Assembly (NCBI RefSeq): GCF_003918875.1
Contig: NW_025767523.1
Coordinates: 2,728,001 to 2,792,000 of the forward strand
DNA from: Haliotis rubra
Lineage: Eukaryota
DNA length: 64,000 nucleotides
Direction of reading: 5' to 3'
The notes beneath the pieces were generated by a model, which was given only the letters and a program-made list of their open reading frames with translations, did not search any database and was not told where the DNA came from. Position 1 is the stretch's first letter. Each line of letters starts with the position of its first letter. Shown here in pieces: positions 28,257 through 40,820 of this stretch. The position numbers were made by a program, and so were the translations under genes.

Positions 28257-29498
28257 AGTAGTTCAGAAGTAATCTTGACCACCTGATATACATTAAGGCC
28301 ATGGGTGTTTTTAAAATGCTGCAAAACAATTATTCATCAGCACTTCATGGACATGAAGCATATCTAGAGTACAAATTTACAACAATGTTCAGAAAACTCT
28401 GCTTACAATATATACAGCTAAATACAGATAAATGGGAGTACCAGTACATCAAGCCAGTGAAACACCTGTAAGCAAAAGAAACATAGGGAAACCTGTTTCA
28501 TCATGTTGCTATGATATACTATGGGTTACAGACACATCTAGATTTCACCAGGATTTAGCAAGCCCCATTAAAGTATTTAATATGCAATCAACAGAGGGAC
28601 AAATCAATACAGTATGGAATGTTAATGCATTTCACAATCAGTTGTCTTATCATAACCATAAAATTGGACCTTGCCCAATGTGGAAGGATCAGGTATGATA
28701 GACCTGTTTAGACCACTGGAAATATCAAAAGTTTTAAATTCTGTTTTCAAAGAAATTTAACATGCAGACAAAAAGTTTAGTGTTTCATCACTTGCATGCT
28801 GGCGTGATATTTAAAAAGGCAGTCACCTATAAAGGGAAAAAACTTTCCTAACTTCAATAAAATGGCAAACTTAGAGCTGTTCCATGATTGAGAATGAACT
28901 TTTAACCACGCTGCCTTTACCCATAACAAGAAAATCTGTGTGATTCAAATACTTGAAAATGCTTGCAATGCATTCCCAAACCCTCATATAAGCTTTTATA
29001 AGATCTATTGGCTTTAACCTATGCAAGTGATGTAAAGAGGTTCATTCTCATTCAAACGTAAACGTCGTAAACAATTTGCTGAGGTAGAACTCATGTTGGA
29101 TTCAGTGGAATAGAAAGGTCTTCATACCTTCACCCACCGAAGATAGGTCTCACAAAGCTGAACCATTGGTTATGGACATCTTGTCAATCAAAGTGTTTCT
29201 GTGAGTCTGACAGATTCACAGTAAAAACAAGTTACAGGGTATAATGTGACAATACGCCTACCTCGCATATCGATACCTGGTACATATCATACAGACACTA
29301 CCCAGAGACGTTATCACGGAAGGTTATTGCAGCACACAGTACGTGTAACGCTATAAAAATAGATTCAAAACATGAATACATCATTGGGTAGGCGTATTGT
29401 GAGTTAGAACGTCCGGTGTAAAGTGGTGATGCACCAGTAGACTGAGACGTCCCCAGTTTCAGTCATGATGTTTCATGATGAATCGAAGCTGAGAAATC

Positions 29499-32400
29499 CT
29501 ACGGGACATATGCAGGCGGTTTCTGAAACACAAACACAAGAATGAAATATGTTGGAGGGAGTGACTTAGGTTGTATGCTGTTTTCAATATGGATTCTTAT
29601 ATTGGCAAACACCACACCAAAGTGTGCTCAAAGTGCCAACAGAGTTCATAGATATAACATGTTTGCAATCCACTGATTATTATTATCCCAGATAACCCAA
29701 GGCACTAGAAGATTAATAGTCACATGACTTATCCCACCGGGTACCCATTTTCTGCTGGGTGAACAGATGCAATTTTGAACAAACTCGCTTGCCTAAGGTG
29801 ACAATCTACAGTAGTCTACTGAATAGTCTACTGATCTACACAATCACAATATAGTATGACCAGAAATTATTGAGAATTTTAGGAATATGTTTAATTGGAT
29901 TTCTAGTATAAACAACCTTGACCAGCTATCAAGTGCTTGGTTTTATTCGAGAGAGACAACTCCGTTAATCCTTTTTCATTAGTTTGTGAAGAGTTATCCC
30001 CCTTTGTTTACTTGCTAGCAGACGAGATTTTCAGTGATCCTCAGTATGGATGATTTAGAGAAGACTGACTGACTGAGTTTAGTTTTACGACGCTTTTAGC
30101 AATATTCCAGCAATATCACGGCGGGGGACACCAGAAATGGGCTTAACACATTGTGCCCATGTGGGGAATCGAACCCGGGTCTTCGGCGTGATGAGCCAAC
30201 GCTTTAACCACTAGGCTACCCCACCGCCCCTGATTTAGAGAAGAGGAAGTTGATTTGAGAGTATTATAACAAGGACATCAGATCAGCTAAAGTGATTTCA
30301 AGTAGAACAGGCATCCCTTTGTCCACTGTTTATCGTGTTTTGAAAAATATTGCAAATGGATATGGCATTGAGCACCAGGGAGGCGCAGGTAGGCCCAGAC
30401 TATTGACTGTCGGTGACAGGAGGCGGCTTGGTATTCTAGTTTCTAAAAACAAACGATGGAGTTTAGAAAACTTGAGGCTGGATATGATTGATAGAGGAAC
30501 TGTGGCTGTCTGTAAGGAGACAATTAGAACTGAGCTGCATGCAATGGGTTGGCAGAAAAGTCGAGGTATTCCATCACCGATCATGAAACCTGTACAAAAG
30601 GAGCAAAGGTTGAACTGGTGCTTACAGCATAGAAATTTTAACTGGGACAATGTGATTTTCTCAGATGAAAGTTCTGTGTGGCTGTTTCCTAATACACTGA
30701 AATTCTGGACCAAACAAACTGAAAAACCTTTGTATCAGCGCCCAAAGTACAGTCCGAAATTTAACGTGTGGGTGGCATATCTGTGTTAGGGGCAACGCCC
30801 CTCTGTGTATTTGAAGGGAATATGAACAGTGAGGGGTACACATATATTCTCGAGGGACATTTTCTTCCATCTGCTCACGTGTTCTATGGAAATTTTTGGA
30901 TTTTCCCCAAAACATCGTTCAAAGCATTCACAGGCCTGGTTTCGGACCCAAAATATGACATTATTAGATTGGCCAAGCTATAGCCCTGATCTAAATCCAA
31001 TAGAAAATGTTTGGGAACTTATGAAGGAAAGTGTCAATAAGAAAAATCTGACAAATATTGCTGAAATGAAAGACTGACTGACTGACTGAGTTTAGTTTTA
31101 TGCTGCTTTTAGCAATATTCCAGCAATATCACGGCGGGGGACACAAGAAATGGGCTTAACACATTGTGCCCATGTGGGGAATCGAACCCGGATCTTCGGC
31201 ATGACGAGCCAACGCTTTAACCACTAGGCTACCCCACAGCCCCACTGAAATGAAAGAAGAGTTGGTCCGATATTGGGACAGCATAGACCACGACTTTCTA
31301 ACTTCTTTGATCAGTAGTATGCCCCACCGCATTGAAGCCTGCATTGCTGCCCATGGTGACTTGACAAAATACTAACTGTTCACCTGTCTTTGAATCTGGA
31401 GTTATGTTCTGCTAATATTCACATTTAATACGTGAGTAATGAGTGAAAAAAACATAAAAAATACAATCTTTAAATTCTCAATAATGTCTGGTTGTACTGT
31501 ACAATAACATCCATTAACACTGACCGACCAAACTGTTTTAAGTTGATAATATTTCAGCTATATGTCAGGAACATAATACAATAGTCTGCATAGCAGCCCA
31601 CTTCATTTTGTCTCTTATGACAAGCAGGGTTCATGATGACCCAATTCTAATATAGATCTTCATGGGGAGTTTAGAACAGTATTCAGTTATTGGTTAATCA
31701 CATGACTGTAAGCTTACAGTAGGAGGAGAAAAGCCTGTGACACGGGTTGAAGACGCATCTAATGCTCATTGGCACAGGTGTGGTAATAGCTAACCAATTA
31801 CTAGCCAAATCGAGAATTTAAGCAGATAATTTGCTAAAGTGGACCATGTATCACTGGAACAGTATTAGCATTGTAGCACTAATTAGCTTCCACATCCAAC
31901 ATGCTTTCTCTTTGAAAAATCCCCAATGACATAACAACCAGTTTTAATTAAAATAAACATCCACTCCAAAAATTTGAAATGTGGAATCCTCAATGTTATA
32001 ATAAAAGGTACTTCTGGAATATGTTAAGAAAATGATGACTTACTTGCTCCGGCTGGTATGGGGGCGGGGCAGTGGCTGCTTGGTGCTGAACAGCTGGGTA
32101 GGGAGGAGGGGCCACAGATACAGACACAGTCCCATACGCTGGAGGGTGGTGGTCAGGGACCATAACGTAGGAGGTTTGATATCGGCGTCGACGGTAACAG
32201 CAGATCGAGCAGCAGGCGAACAGAAGGAAGATGATCACCCAGATAAACCAGAACCCTGGATGATGTTGAAAGAGAAAATGTCAGGTTTGTTTATAATCTT
32301 ATGGCATAAAAACATATGTCTCATACCCCACAGACGTTGAAGTCAAAGGTAAATATCTGAAATTATATCTGAGGTATAATCAAATGACACAGAAACATTG

Positions 32401-34681
32401 TTGTTACTGTTATTAAAGTTTCAATTATTCTGCTCTGTTCAAGCATCTAATATTAATATTCCGATTCATTTTCGTAGAATGAATCTGCCAAAAGGAATGA
32501 ACACACTGAACAGATTGTTTATTTTGGTCCACAAAGCAATTGAAAACATGTATCTCTGCATACAATATATACTGAAGATATCAACAAGTTTCTTTTGTTA
32601 AATAATACACAATTACTTCTTCAAAAGGTAAAGTGAAATGATAAACAAATACTACGGTATATCGTTACAGCTCTATGACTTTTATGAACAAATTTAAAGT
32701 CTGGTATTAAGACACAAAATTGAGGAAGTGCTTACATGTAAAGTTGTTCCAAGTTGTATTTGAAATGTTATGTAATTATGGCAGCATAATATATTAATTA
32801 CTGACAATTAAGACATGATTTCTTACTGTTAATGAAAGAGATTACAAAGGCACAATGATGTAATGGTGTCGGATGGAACAGAGGTACAAAACACCTGGTA
32901 ACCTGCGTATGCCACACACAATTAAATACATACACCAAAAACTGTAGACTGAATGGTAGCAGCAGGATGCCCTATCAAAGGCACAGCAGTATGCGCTGTA
33001 AGCTGTGAACAAGAAAACAAAAATACACGAATCAAGAAACTCAAAAACTTCATTACGAACTTGGAAGTTTTCATACTTCATCTTACAAATCTACAAAACT
33101 ATTTCAAAAGAAAGATAGCACATGTTATACTCCTGGTATTTTTAAAATATCTTCAGTTCAAATATTGAAATCACTTTCAGTACACTGTTAATTTGTATAA
33201 ACCTTAAAATAGACTCAAATTTAGTTATGGCATGTTATCAGAATGGCGAGTTTGTATTTTCAGTTGTTTAAAATCATGTTTCTGTAAAAGTATAATGAGA
33301 AACATCACACAAACCTGTACAGAAAGTAGCTCCACACTGTGCATAACACTGGAAGCAAAAACAAACATTTGTAATATCACTGTTAACATGATTAGATTAC
33401 TAGTCATAAAACTTAGGAGACAAGCATACGATGTTTTTAATGGAGTGGTAAATGTGTCTCCACTGTACAGCTCTGATTTAGCTCTGTAATAAGGCCAAAA
33501 CCATGTGTTAGTGAGTGAGTGGGTGAGTTTAGTTATACGCTGCTTTAAGCAATATTCCAGCAATATCACCGCAAGGAACACCAAAAAATGGGCTTCATGC
33601 ATTGCATTCATGTGGGGAATCGAACCCAGGTCTTGGGCGTGATGAACACTTTAACCACTAGCCCCAACAATGTGTTGCCAATAAAGAGACCAATCTACCA
33701 TATTTCAGATGGGATGATACAGAAAACACTCAAATATTCCCTTATGAATAGCAAAAAAACGAACTTGACATTTTTCAACATCAATCATGGCAATGGGACA
33801 ATGATCAATTCTGCCTTCAGCTATGTGATTACCAGTTAATGATCCAAGCAAATTAAGACTGAGAAATATCTTTGTGATTCCTGTTTTAGGCATATTGAAC
33901 ATGCCTGCTTGTGTTAAGTGTGTGTTTGATAAACTTCATAGAATCTAGGGCCAAGACACTGAAGGAAAACATTCTTTGTTGCAAAATATATCTTTGCTTA
34001 CATTCAGTTTCCTGGCTGCAGCTCAGCCCCAAGATATTTCTACCTGATCTTTTCTGCTTACATTTCACAAGGTCACCTTTTTCTAATCATTTGATTATCA
34101 CTTCGTCCTTGTTGTTACAATGTTCATGGTAATAAACAGATGTGTCATGATTAATGTTAATAAAATTGGCATTGTCTAGAACTTATACGGAAGAAAACAT
34201 TTTTACAAATTATTGCGACAGTTGCAACATTGGACTGATGAAAGGTATGTTTTGACTACTGGACCCATAGCAGAGACCCGCGATGCAGGGTCATGCATCA
34301 CGGCTCTCGGCTAGACCAGAGACCATATGATATTATATGGGCCTTATGGTCTCTGCTAGACCGATAGACTAGTACGTTTATGTATATGTTAAAACATGTT
34401 GTTACATATATGACAACTGATTTGATTTACTTCTCTGAAGATGTCAGACGAACTGATGTATAACGTTGTTTCGCCGACCTGACACTATCAGTCTATTTAT
34501 GAAGACCTTAGAGTTAGACCTTGTTTTGTAGCTGAAAATATTTCATGACATTACCTAACACTTCATTTTAGTTTCAGTCCTGACGGTAATAACATGGTAT
34601 TTCGTCATTGTCACTCACCCAGGCCGTTTCAAAAAGACTGACAGACAGCAAAGCTGAAAGAAGCCCCTTCGAAACACTCAT
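29499..34681 (-). CDS. WBP1/VOPP1 (Shisa-like) family single-pass membrane protein, 133 aa. Exons 34681-34619, 33348-33315, 33002-32934, 32255-32044, 29522-29499
   Basis: Phase-compatible GT-AG splicing gives MSVSKGLLSALLSVSLFETAWCYAQCGATFCTAYSAYCCAFDRASCCYHSVYSFWWFWFIWVIIFLLFACCSICCYRRRRYQTSYVMVPDHHPPAYGTVSVSVAPPPYPAVQHQAATAPPPYQPEQKPPAYVP. It has a signal peptide, a C..C..CC..CC ectodomain, a WWFW transmembrane start, juxtamembrane Cys plus RRRR, and four PPxY motifs. Confidence 0.88.
29680..29800 (-). mobile_element. CORE-SINE fragment
   Basis: CCTTAGGCAAG...TTGCATCTGTTCACCCAGCAGAAAATGGGTACC resembles the MIR/CORE domain. Confidence 0.55.
30065..30230 (-). mobile_element. SINE family A inserted in the Tc1 transposase
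   Basis: Perfect 14-bp TSD TGATTTAGAGAAGA. Confidence 0.95.
31074..31244 (-). mobile_element. SINE family A inserted in the Tc1 transposase
   Basis: Perfect 13-bp TSD CTGAAATGAAAGA. Confidence 0.95.
33509..33666 (-). mobile_element. SINE family A, decayed
   Basis: Consensus match with (CACT)n tail. Confidence 0.8.
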
Positions 34682-36141
34682 ATTTTCTTCAACAATGTGG
34701 CAACACGGATTTTTTTCTGAACATCAACTGTTTCCTTATCTCGTTATTACAAAACGTCACGTGATAAACCAAGGGAGGCAATTTGGAGCTTGTAACTCCT
34801 TACAGGGTTTTTTGGGCAATGAAAATGTCAAAGAAGATTCGGTTTGAGACACGCGTTGTGATGGAGCTTGCACAAAACTTATCTGGTTGCAGCGTTGGTA
34901 CGCGCCGCAAACCTGGCGCCGCAAACCCATTATATTTTCTCTTTTTGTCAGACAGGAGCCCAGTCAATACATCGGTCCCAACGTATTTTATGAGATGGTA
35001 TATAAGGACGTATATTATCTGATGAAACGTAAGAAAGACTGACACTTGTGTATTTGAGTATCTAAGATCTAAGATATCGTATAAGCCATGTATTGGAAAG
35101 TAGATGAGTGGTGTTTAGCCTTTATATTATATTTATCTTCATTCTAATAAGGAAATTTGTTTGACATAAATGGTATGCAAACAAACTAAGAGGAAATAAG
35201 AACTTTATTTTTTAGTGCGGTGTTTTAACATTAAAGTATGAAACGAATAATATTCAACGAAAAGATCAATGTCCATATGTATGATACCTTCGTATGTACT
35301 ATATATGTTTGTTTGGTTTTAGGGTTTATTTCAGTTATAACAGAGACCATATATCGGTATATGATCTCATGTTATAAGTATCTTTCAACAACCGCGACCA
35401 CTGCTTTCACCTCTGTTAATATTCCTCCGACAAGATAAGACACTTATGTGGCAACAGTTCACTCAGTATTTTTCACTGTTACGCTTGCAGTGTTCTGGTG
35501 ACTGTTTCAGCGTGGCATTCTCGTCACTTGAAACACAGTCACGAAACATCGTGACAGCTGCATGCGTGGCTCAACACTCGCTAAGTAAGTCTGTCTCAGA
35601 GTCTCTGAACCGCATTGTTTTCCCTTCTGCCTAGTCCTTTCTACAATGCTACAGCCCAAAATGAAGCAAGTCTAGATTTCATTAGGTTCACAATCTAACT
35701 CCTCACTGGGGCTCCTTTTCAATTTAAAAGGAATTGTTTGTTTCTATCAAAACTACATCTATTCAGAGGCTAAGCGTTAATAAATCGTTGAGTGAACATA
35801 TGCCCTTCCGGCGAAAATGAATAAATTACTCATGATAACGGGAAAATGCAAAGTGGTTTTTTTTCCAGAAATATCCATTTTGCTAGTGATGAACAATATC
35901 AATAGATATTGATCACGAAGTGCCCATAGACACGTTTTGATAACGTTTGTAACCCTATTTTTAAGTGTGTACTCATTTTTCCAACCCGGCACATTACATT
36001 CAGTTTCGTAGATTTTAAGTGACATTGTAAAAAAATATTTCCTGTTCCTATATGAATGTAGGTCAGATTATAACGACAGCGACAACTAAGTTTCATAAAC
36101 TAAACTAAACTGCATTCCCAAAACTTTCCATTCAACGTTAC

Positions 36142-36427
36142 NNNNNNNNNNNNNNNNNNNNNNNNNNNNNNNNNNNNNNNNNNNNNNNNNNNNNNNNNNN
36201 NNNNNNNNNNNNNNNNNNNNNNNNNNNNNNNNNNNNNNNNNNNNNNNNNNNNNNNNNNNNNNNNNNNNNNNNNGGTTAGTTGGCTGGCTNNNNNNNNNNN
36301 NNNNNNNNNNNNNNNNNNNNNNNNNNNNNNNNNNNNNNNNNNNNNNNNNNNNNNNNNNNNNNNNNNNNNNNNNNNNNNNNNNNNNNNNNNNNNNNNNNNN
36401 NNNNNNNNNNNNNNNNNNNNNNNNNNN
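36142..36427. other. Assembly gap or masked bases flanked by GGCT/GGTT microsatellite
   Basis: Two runs of N. Confidence 0.95.
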
Positions 36428-36759
36428 TTGGCTGGCTGGCTGGTTGGTTACAATATTTTTTTAAACAATATATCACATCGCCATAAACCATTATGCTGAG
36501 CATTTATTGCTCCCATATAGGGCTCACATTTGAGGTATGTTCCCATTATGGCTACTCCCGTCTTGTCTACTCATGAACATAAATACATAATGGAGCACCC
36601 CTACACTTAATAATGCACTGTACCTGTATAGGTGATTACTCCCAGTTTGTCTACTCTTTGAAATAAACCAATCAGGTAGACTCCCAGGGACCACCCGTAT
36701 TTGAATCATTAACAGCCAAGTGAATCAGGGGTCTTGTGATCATTCGTTGTTTGTTTTGA

Positions 36760-37124
36760 GACCGCCTCCGTGGTGTAGTGGTTAGATAGTCCGCCCGGGG
36801 TGCGGAAGGTCGCGGAGTTCGATCCCCGACCGCGTCATACCAAAAGACGTAAAATATGGTACTTGTTGGTCCCTGCCTGGCGCTCGGCATTAATGGGTAC
36901 AACAAGGACTGGTCGGCTCAGAGTCAGTATAATGTGTCTGAGTACGTCGGGTATTCATGCTTCACTGCGGCATGGTATCTCAGTGGGCTAGCACTATAAA
37001 ACCAGTTTCAGTCTGGGCTAGTACAAGCAGCCGCACATACACATACATGCACGTCGTCATATGAGCGAAATATTCTCAAGCACGACGTTAAACCCAATTT
37101 CACCTCACCTCACCTCACCTCCTC
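36760..37124 (+). mobile_element. tRNA-derived SINE, family B (~360 bp)
   Basis: A box TGGTGTAGTGG, B box GAGTTCGATCCC, central TGGCGCTCGGCAT, (CACCT)n tail, TSD TTGTTTTGA. Confidence 0.88.
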
Positions 37125-37294
37125 CCTTGTTTTGATTGTTGGAGATAGCTCCTCTACTCTGATTAAAAATGTGTTGTTTGTTTTGAAAATTAGAAGCCTT
37201 CTCGACACACAAGGAAGGAAGCTACTGCTTTGCCTGAACATCGTAGAGATGTCACCCTAGAAGGAAGGTGGACTACTACAGCCGATGGGTGATG

Positions 37295-39685
37295 GGAAAG
37301 AGAGTCACAGGAAAATTTTGGCTACGAAAAAGTCCAAGGAAAAAAGTGACAATAACCAATTTTATTAAATTCATGGCGTACTGGACCACTTTGTACGTTT
37401 CCACCAGATTTTGTTCTTAAGATTTGCATGCTTGTCTTTCCAATTCTGTTTTGATGCCGCCTTTATTGCTCTTAAAGGTCACATGCAACCAAAAAATCAA
37501 ACCGCCTTAAAACACAATTATCACTATTTCATGCCTATAATAGCTTATATGAAAAAACAAATAAACATTATAAGCGTAAATCCCAATCAACCCTGTTCAG
37601 GGAACCTCCCTCAAAATGGCCCTATTCCAACCCAGTAGCGGGTTTCATCGAATGCAACTTCAAATGGGAGAGAAGACTCATTGAGAAGTTACTATTGATT
37701 TGTACACATGATTTTTGTTTAACATTTTGCATACAGACATCAAGGATATTAGTGAAGGGGTTATGCTTATTTCCCTGGGTGAGATAATCCCATTGTTTCT
37801 GATTTCAGGGAATTAATACTTTCAAAAGATTTCATCTTATAAAAACTAAAAAGATTATAATTAGGTCTGATTGTTTTAAGTATGTGAAGGATGAGGGGTC
37901 ATCTCAACATAATTTTTTGATTAAAGTATATCTTACAGTAAAAAGCCACTGATCTTTAGTCGGTATCAAAATGGCAAATCTCATGCCAGAGAGCTGAGTT
38001 CGTGACTTCACAGAGAGAGGTGGACTTCACAGCAGTTACTGTATGCAGGCTACCGGTACAGGCTCAATGTCAAGCGACAGGTTGCTACACACTGGAAGTG
38101 TGTCCTCACAGGATGCAATGGTCGCAGCAGCACCATCGGAGACCACGTAGTGTCCTCCACTATTCACAGCCACCCACCCTTTGAGAATGGAGAACACATC
38201 CGACTCGTCGCCCGTGTAAAAGAGCGTGTAAAGACTGACATCTCACCGGTGCTGCAGATCTACAACAACGAGCTCGACCTCCTTGATGAAGATGATGCCG
38301 CAACTGCACCCACGTACTCTAATATTCAGGCCGCACTGTACAGACACAGAGCCAAGTCCATCCCACCACTGCCTGAGAGCAGGGCTGGCGTCACTCTAGA
38401 AGGAATATGGACCCAGACCGATGATGGCCGAGAGTTCCTCTGTGTAGACGACGGTGAAGATGACAGACTTTTGCTGTTTGCTACAACCGAGATGCTGGAA
38501 TTATTGAGCGACGCTGACATTCTCTTTATGGATGGTACATTCTTTGTGTGTCCTAACCTGTGGCTTACAAGTGTACATCATTCATTGTCTGGTGAATGGT
38601 AAAATGTATCAGTGCTATTAGTGAAGTCTTCCCCGACAGTTCCGTCCGAGGTTGCCTATTCCATTATTCTCAAGCTTTGTGGCGTCAAGTTTTGGAGAGG
38701 GGACTGTCTCGCGACTACATGAACAACCCAGCAGTCCAAGCCCACGTTCGACGAGCAGCTGCTTTGCCACTCCTTCCCCTGAACCAGGTCCAAGATGCTT
38801 GGTTTGAAGTCATCGAGCAGTCTCCCGACGGCGACAGAGTAGCAGCCTTCAACGACTACGTCACCAGCACCTGGGTTGAAGATGATGCCAAGTTCCCAGC
38901 ACACATCTGGAACCAGCACGAAAACACAGGCCCGCGCTCAAACAACCATCTTGAGGGATTCCACTCTGGCTTGAAGAAACGCATACCCCGATCACACCCC
39001 AACATCTACCAATTCGTAAAGGAGCTCAAGAAGATCGAGAAGGCAGACAGGCGCACAAGACGACAGTTTGGACTTGGGAGGAGCAAGGAGACCACGAGCA
39101 CGTGTAGACCGTGATCGAGATCAGAGGATCGAGAGACTCAAGGTGCAGCTTTCCACCGGTGTGAAGTCTGTGATGCAGTTCCTTGATGCTGTTGGCCACA
39201 TCCTCAAGCTAAACTGAGAACTCAATTCAATCAAACTCATAACTCTGTGTGCTCCTGATGACAATGAAGTGCTTTATTTATTTTAATTTAAAATCAAAGT
39301 TATTAATGTATTAAAGTAATGTGAATCACATACATTTGTTTGTTTTTCTTATCCCTTAACATAGGCTGGTCCATTATTCCATGGGTAACATAGGCAGGAA
39401 ATGGTGTGCAATGGTGCATAAAGTTGTTTTGATAAGACTGTAGGCGAAACGGTGATGTATTATTAGGCGATATGAGGACATTGACAGGTATAATTCACGA
39501 TAAAAAGGTTATGGTAGTGGTTTGAAAACATTTGAAAGATCACTATATTAACAATACATGGTGTACTCGCCCTAACACTCAGTCAGAATCAGAAGTCAAG
39601 TCTCACAAAAAACTCAAAAGTAATTGTTGTCATAGTGTTTTGAAAACCTTTGACGGTGACCTTTTTCTCCTGTGACTTTCTCTCC
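37295..39685 (+). mobile_element. Mutator-like (MULE) transposon with FLYWCH plus DDE transposase pseudogene (~37971-39216)
   Basis: FLYWCH-like YAGYRY...HWKC...C...HSH and MULE motifs LFMDGTF, GCLFHYSQAL and PRSNNHLEGFHSGL. Ends GGAAAGAGAGTCACAGGAAAA / TTTCTCCTGTGACTTTCTCTCC. Frameshifts and an internal deletion near 38608. Confidence 0.88.
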
Positions 39686-39821
39686 TACACTGACGTCGTT
39701 TCCTTGCTGTTGAAGACGGAACTCTTCCACATCAATGACCTAACATAACCGGACATGTTATTGTCATGAGGACATGAATACCTCGTGTTGCAACCACATT
39801 CATATGTTTAGCAGTTGAAGT

Positions 39822-40175
39822 CAGGTGAGGTGAAATTGGGTTTTTCGTCGTGCTTGAGAATATTTCGCTCATATGACGACCTGCATGCGTGTGTATGTGT
39901 ATGTGCGGCTGCTTGTACTAGCCCAGACTAAGCTGGTTTTATAGTGCTAGCCCACTGAGATACCATGCCGCAGTGAAGCATGAATACCCCACTCAGACAC
40001 GTTATACTGACTCCGAGTCGACCAGTCCTTGTTGTACCCATTAATGCCGAGCGCCAGGCAAGAACAAACAAGCACCATATTTTAACGTCTTTTGGTATGA
40101 CGCGGTCGGGGATCGAACCCGCGACCTTCCGCTCTCCGGGCGGACGCTCTAACCACTACACCACGGAGGCGGTCG
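39822..40175 (-). mobile_element. SINE family B
   Basis: Reverse complement of 36760-37124; 16-bp TSD GTTTAGC(A/C)GTTGAAGT. Confidence 0.9.
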
Positions 40176-40776
40176 TTTAGCCGTTGAAGTACACATAGTT
40201 ATGTAATTAACTTAATAGATATTGTATGAACATGGTACAGCTGTAATTGTTTCATATATATATATAATATCATTATGGTGGAACAGTCTACCTGATGGAG
40301 GGGAGATATCTAGTAATTAAAACCATTTGACTGGAACAAATTGTGTATTGGACAAGTAGTCAAATTGGGAGTAGTTATAATAGGAGTGAACCACATTTGA
40401 ACGGAGACTACGGACAGAAGCGAGCGTTCGTTATATGAATAAATATCCTATCACAGAAAGACAATTGTTCACTAGTGAAACGCCTGCCATTTTGTTGGTA
40501 TACTGCATTTTCTCCATGGTGCTCGCTGTCTTTGTAGGCCTTGACGAATCATTTCCCTTGTTTCTGCGAACAAACAAAAGCATGAAATATGGGACAATAG
40601 AATTAACCTAGCCGAGAGCCGCGATGCGGTTAGAATTAACCCAACCAAATATATATAATACACAAATGTCACCCAAATGTGAACATATTCATTATAATTT
40701 AGCAGCTGTGCCACGTAATATCTGGAGTGCATCTAACCTCGCCTAAAGTAAAATATTCACTCGTGGTTAAACACCA

Positions 40777-40820
40777 TCTCTCTCTCTCACACACACACAC
40801 GCACGCACGCACGCACGCAC
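40777..40820. repeat. Compound microsatellite (CT)n(CA)n(GCAC)n
   Basis: Seen directly. Confidence 0.9.

Larger units (their letters stand above)
29852..31499 (+). mobile_element. Tc1/mariner transposon with both TIRs and a pseudogenised transposase, in intron 4 of the WBP1-like gene
   Basis: TIRs TAGTATGACCAGAAATTATTGAGAATTT / AAATTCTCAATAATGTCTGGTTGTACTG with TA TSDs. ATG at 30046, motifs GRPR, FSDES and WPSYSPDLNPIENVW, stop near 31375. Frameshifts and a deletion over the second catalytic D. Confidence 0.92.

Noticed and set aside
35019-35045. CTGATGA...GAAA hammerhead-like word
   Set aside because: No supporting stems I, II or III.
36760-40175. Composite transposon formed by two inverted family-B SINEs around the MULE
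   Set aside because: Each SINE has its own distinct TSD, so they are independent insertions.
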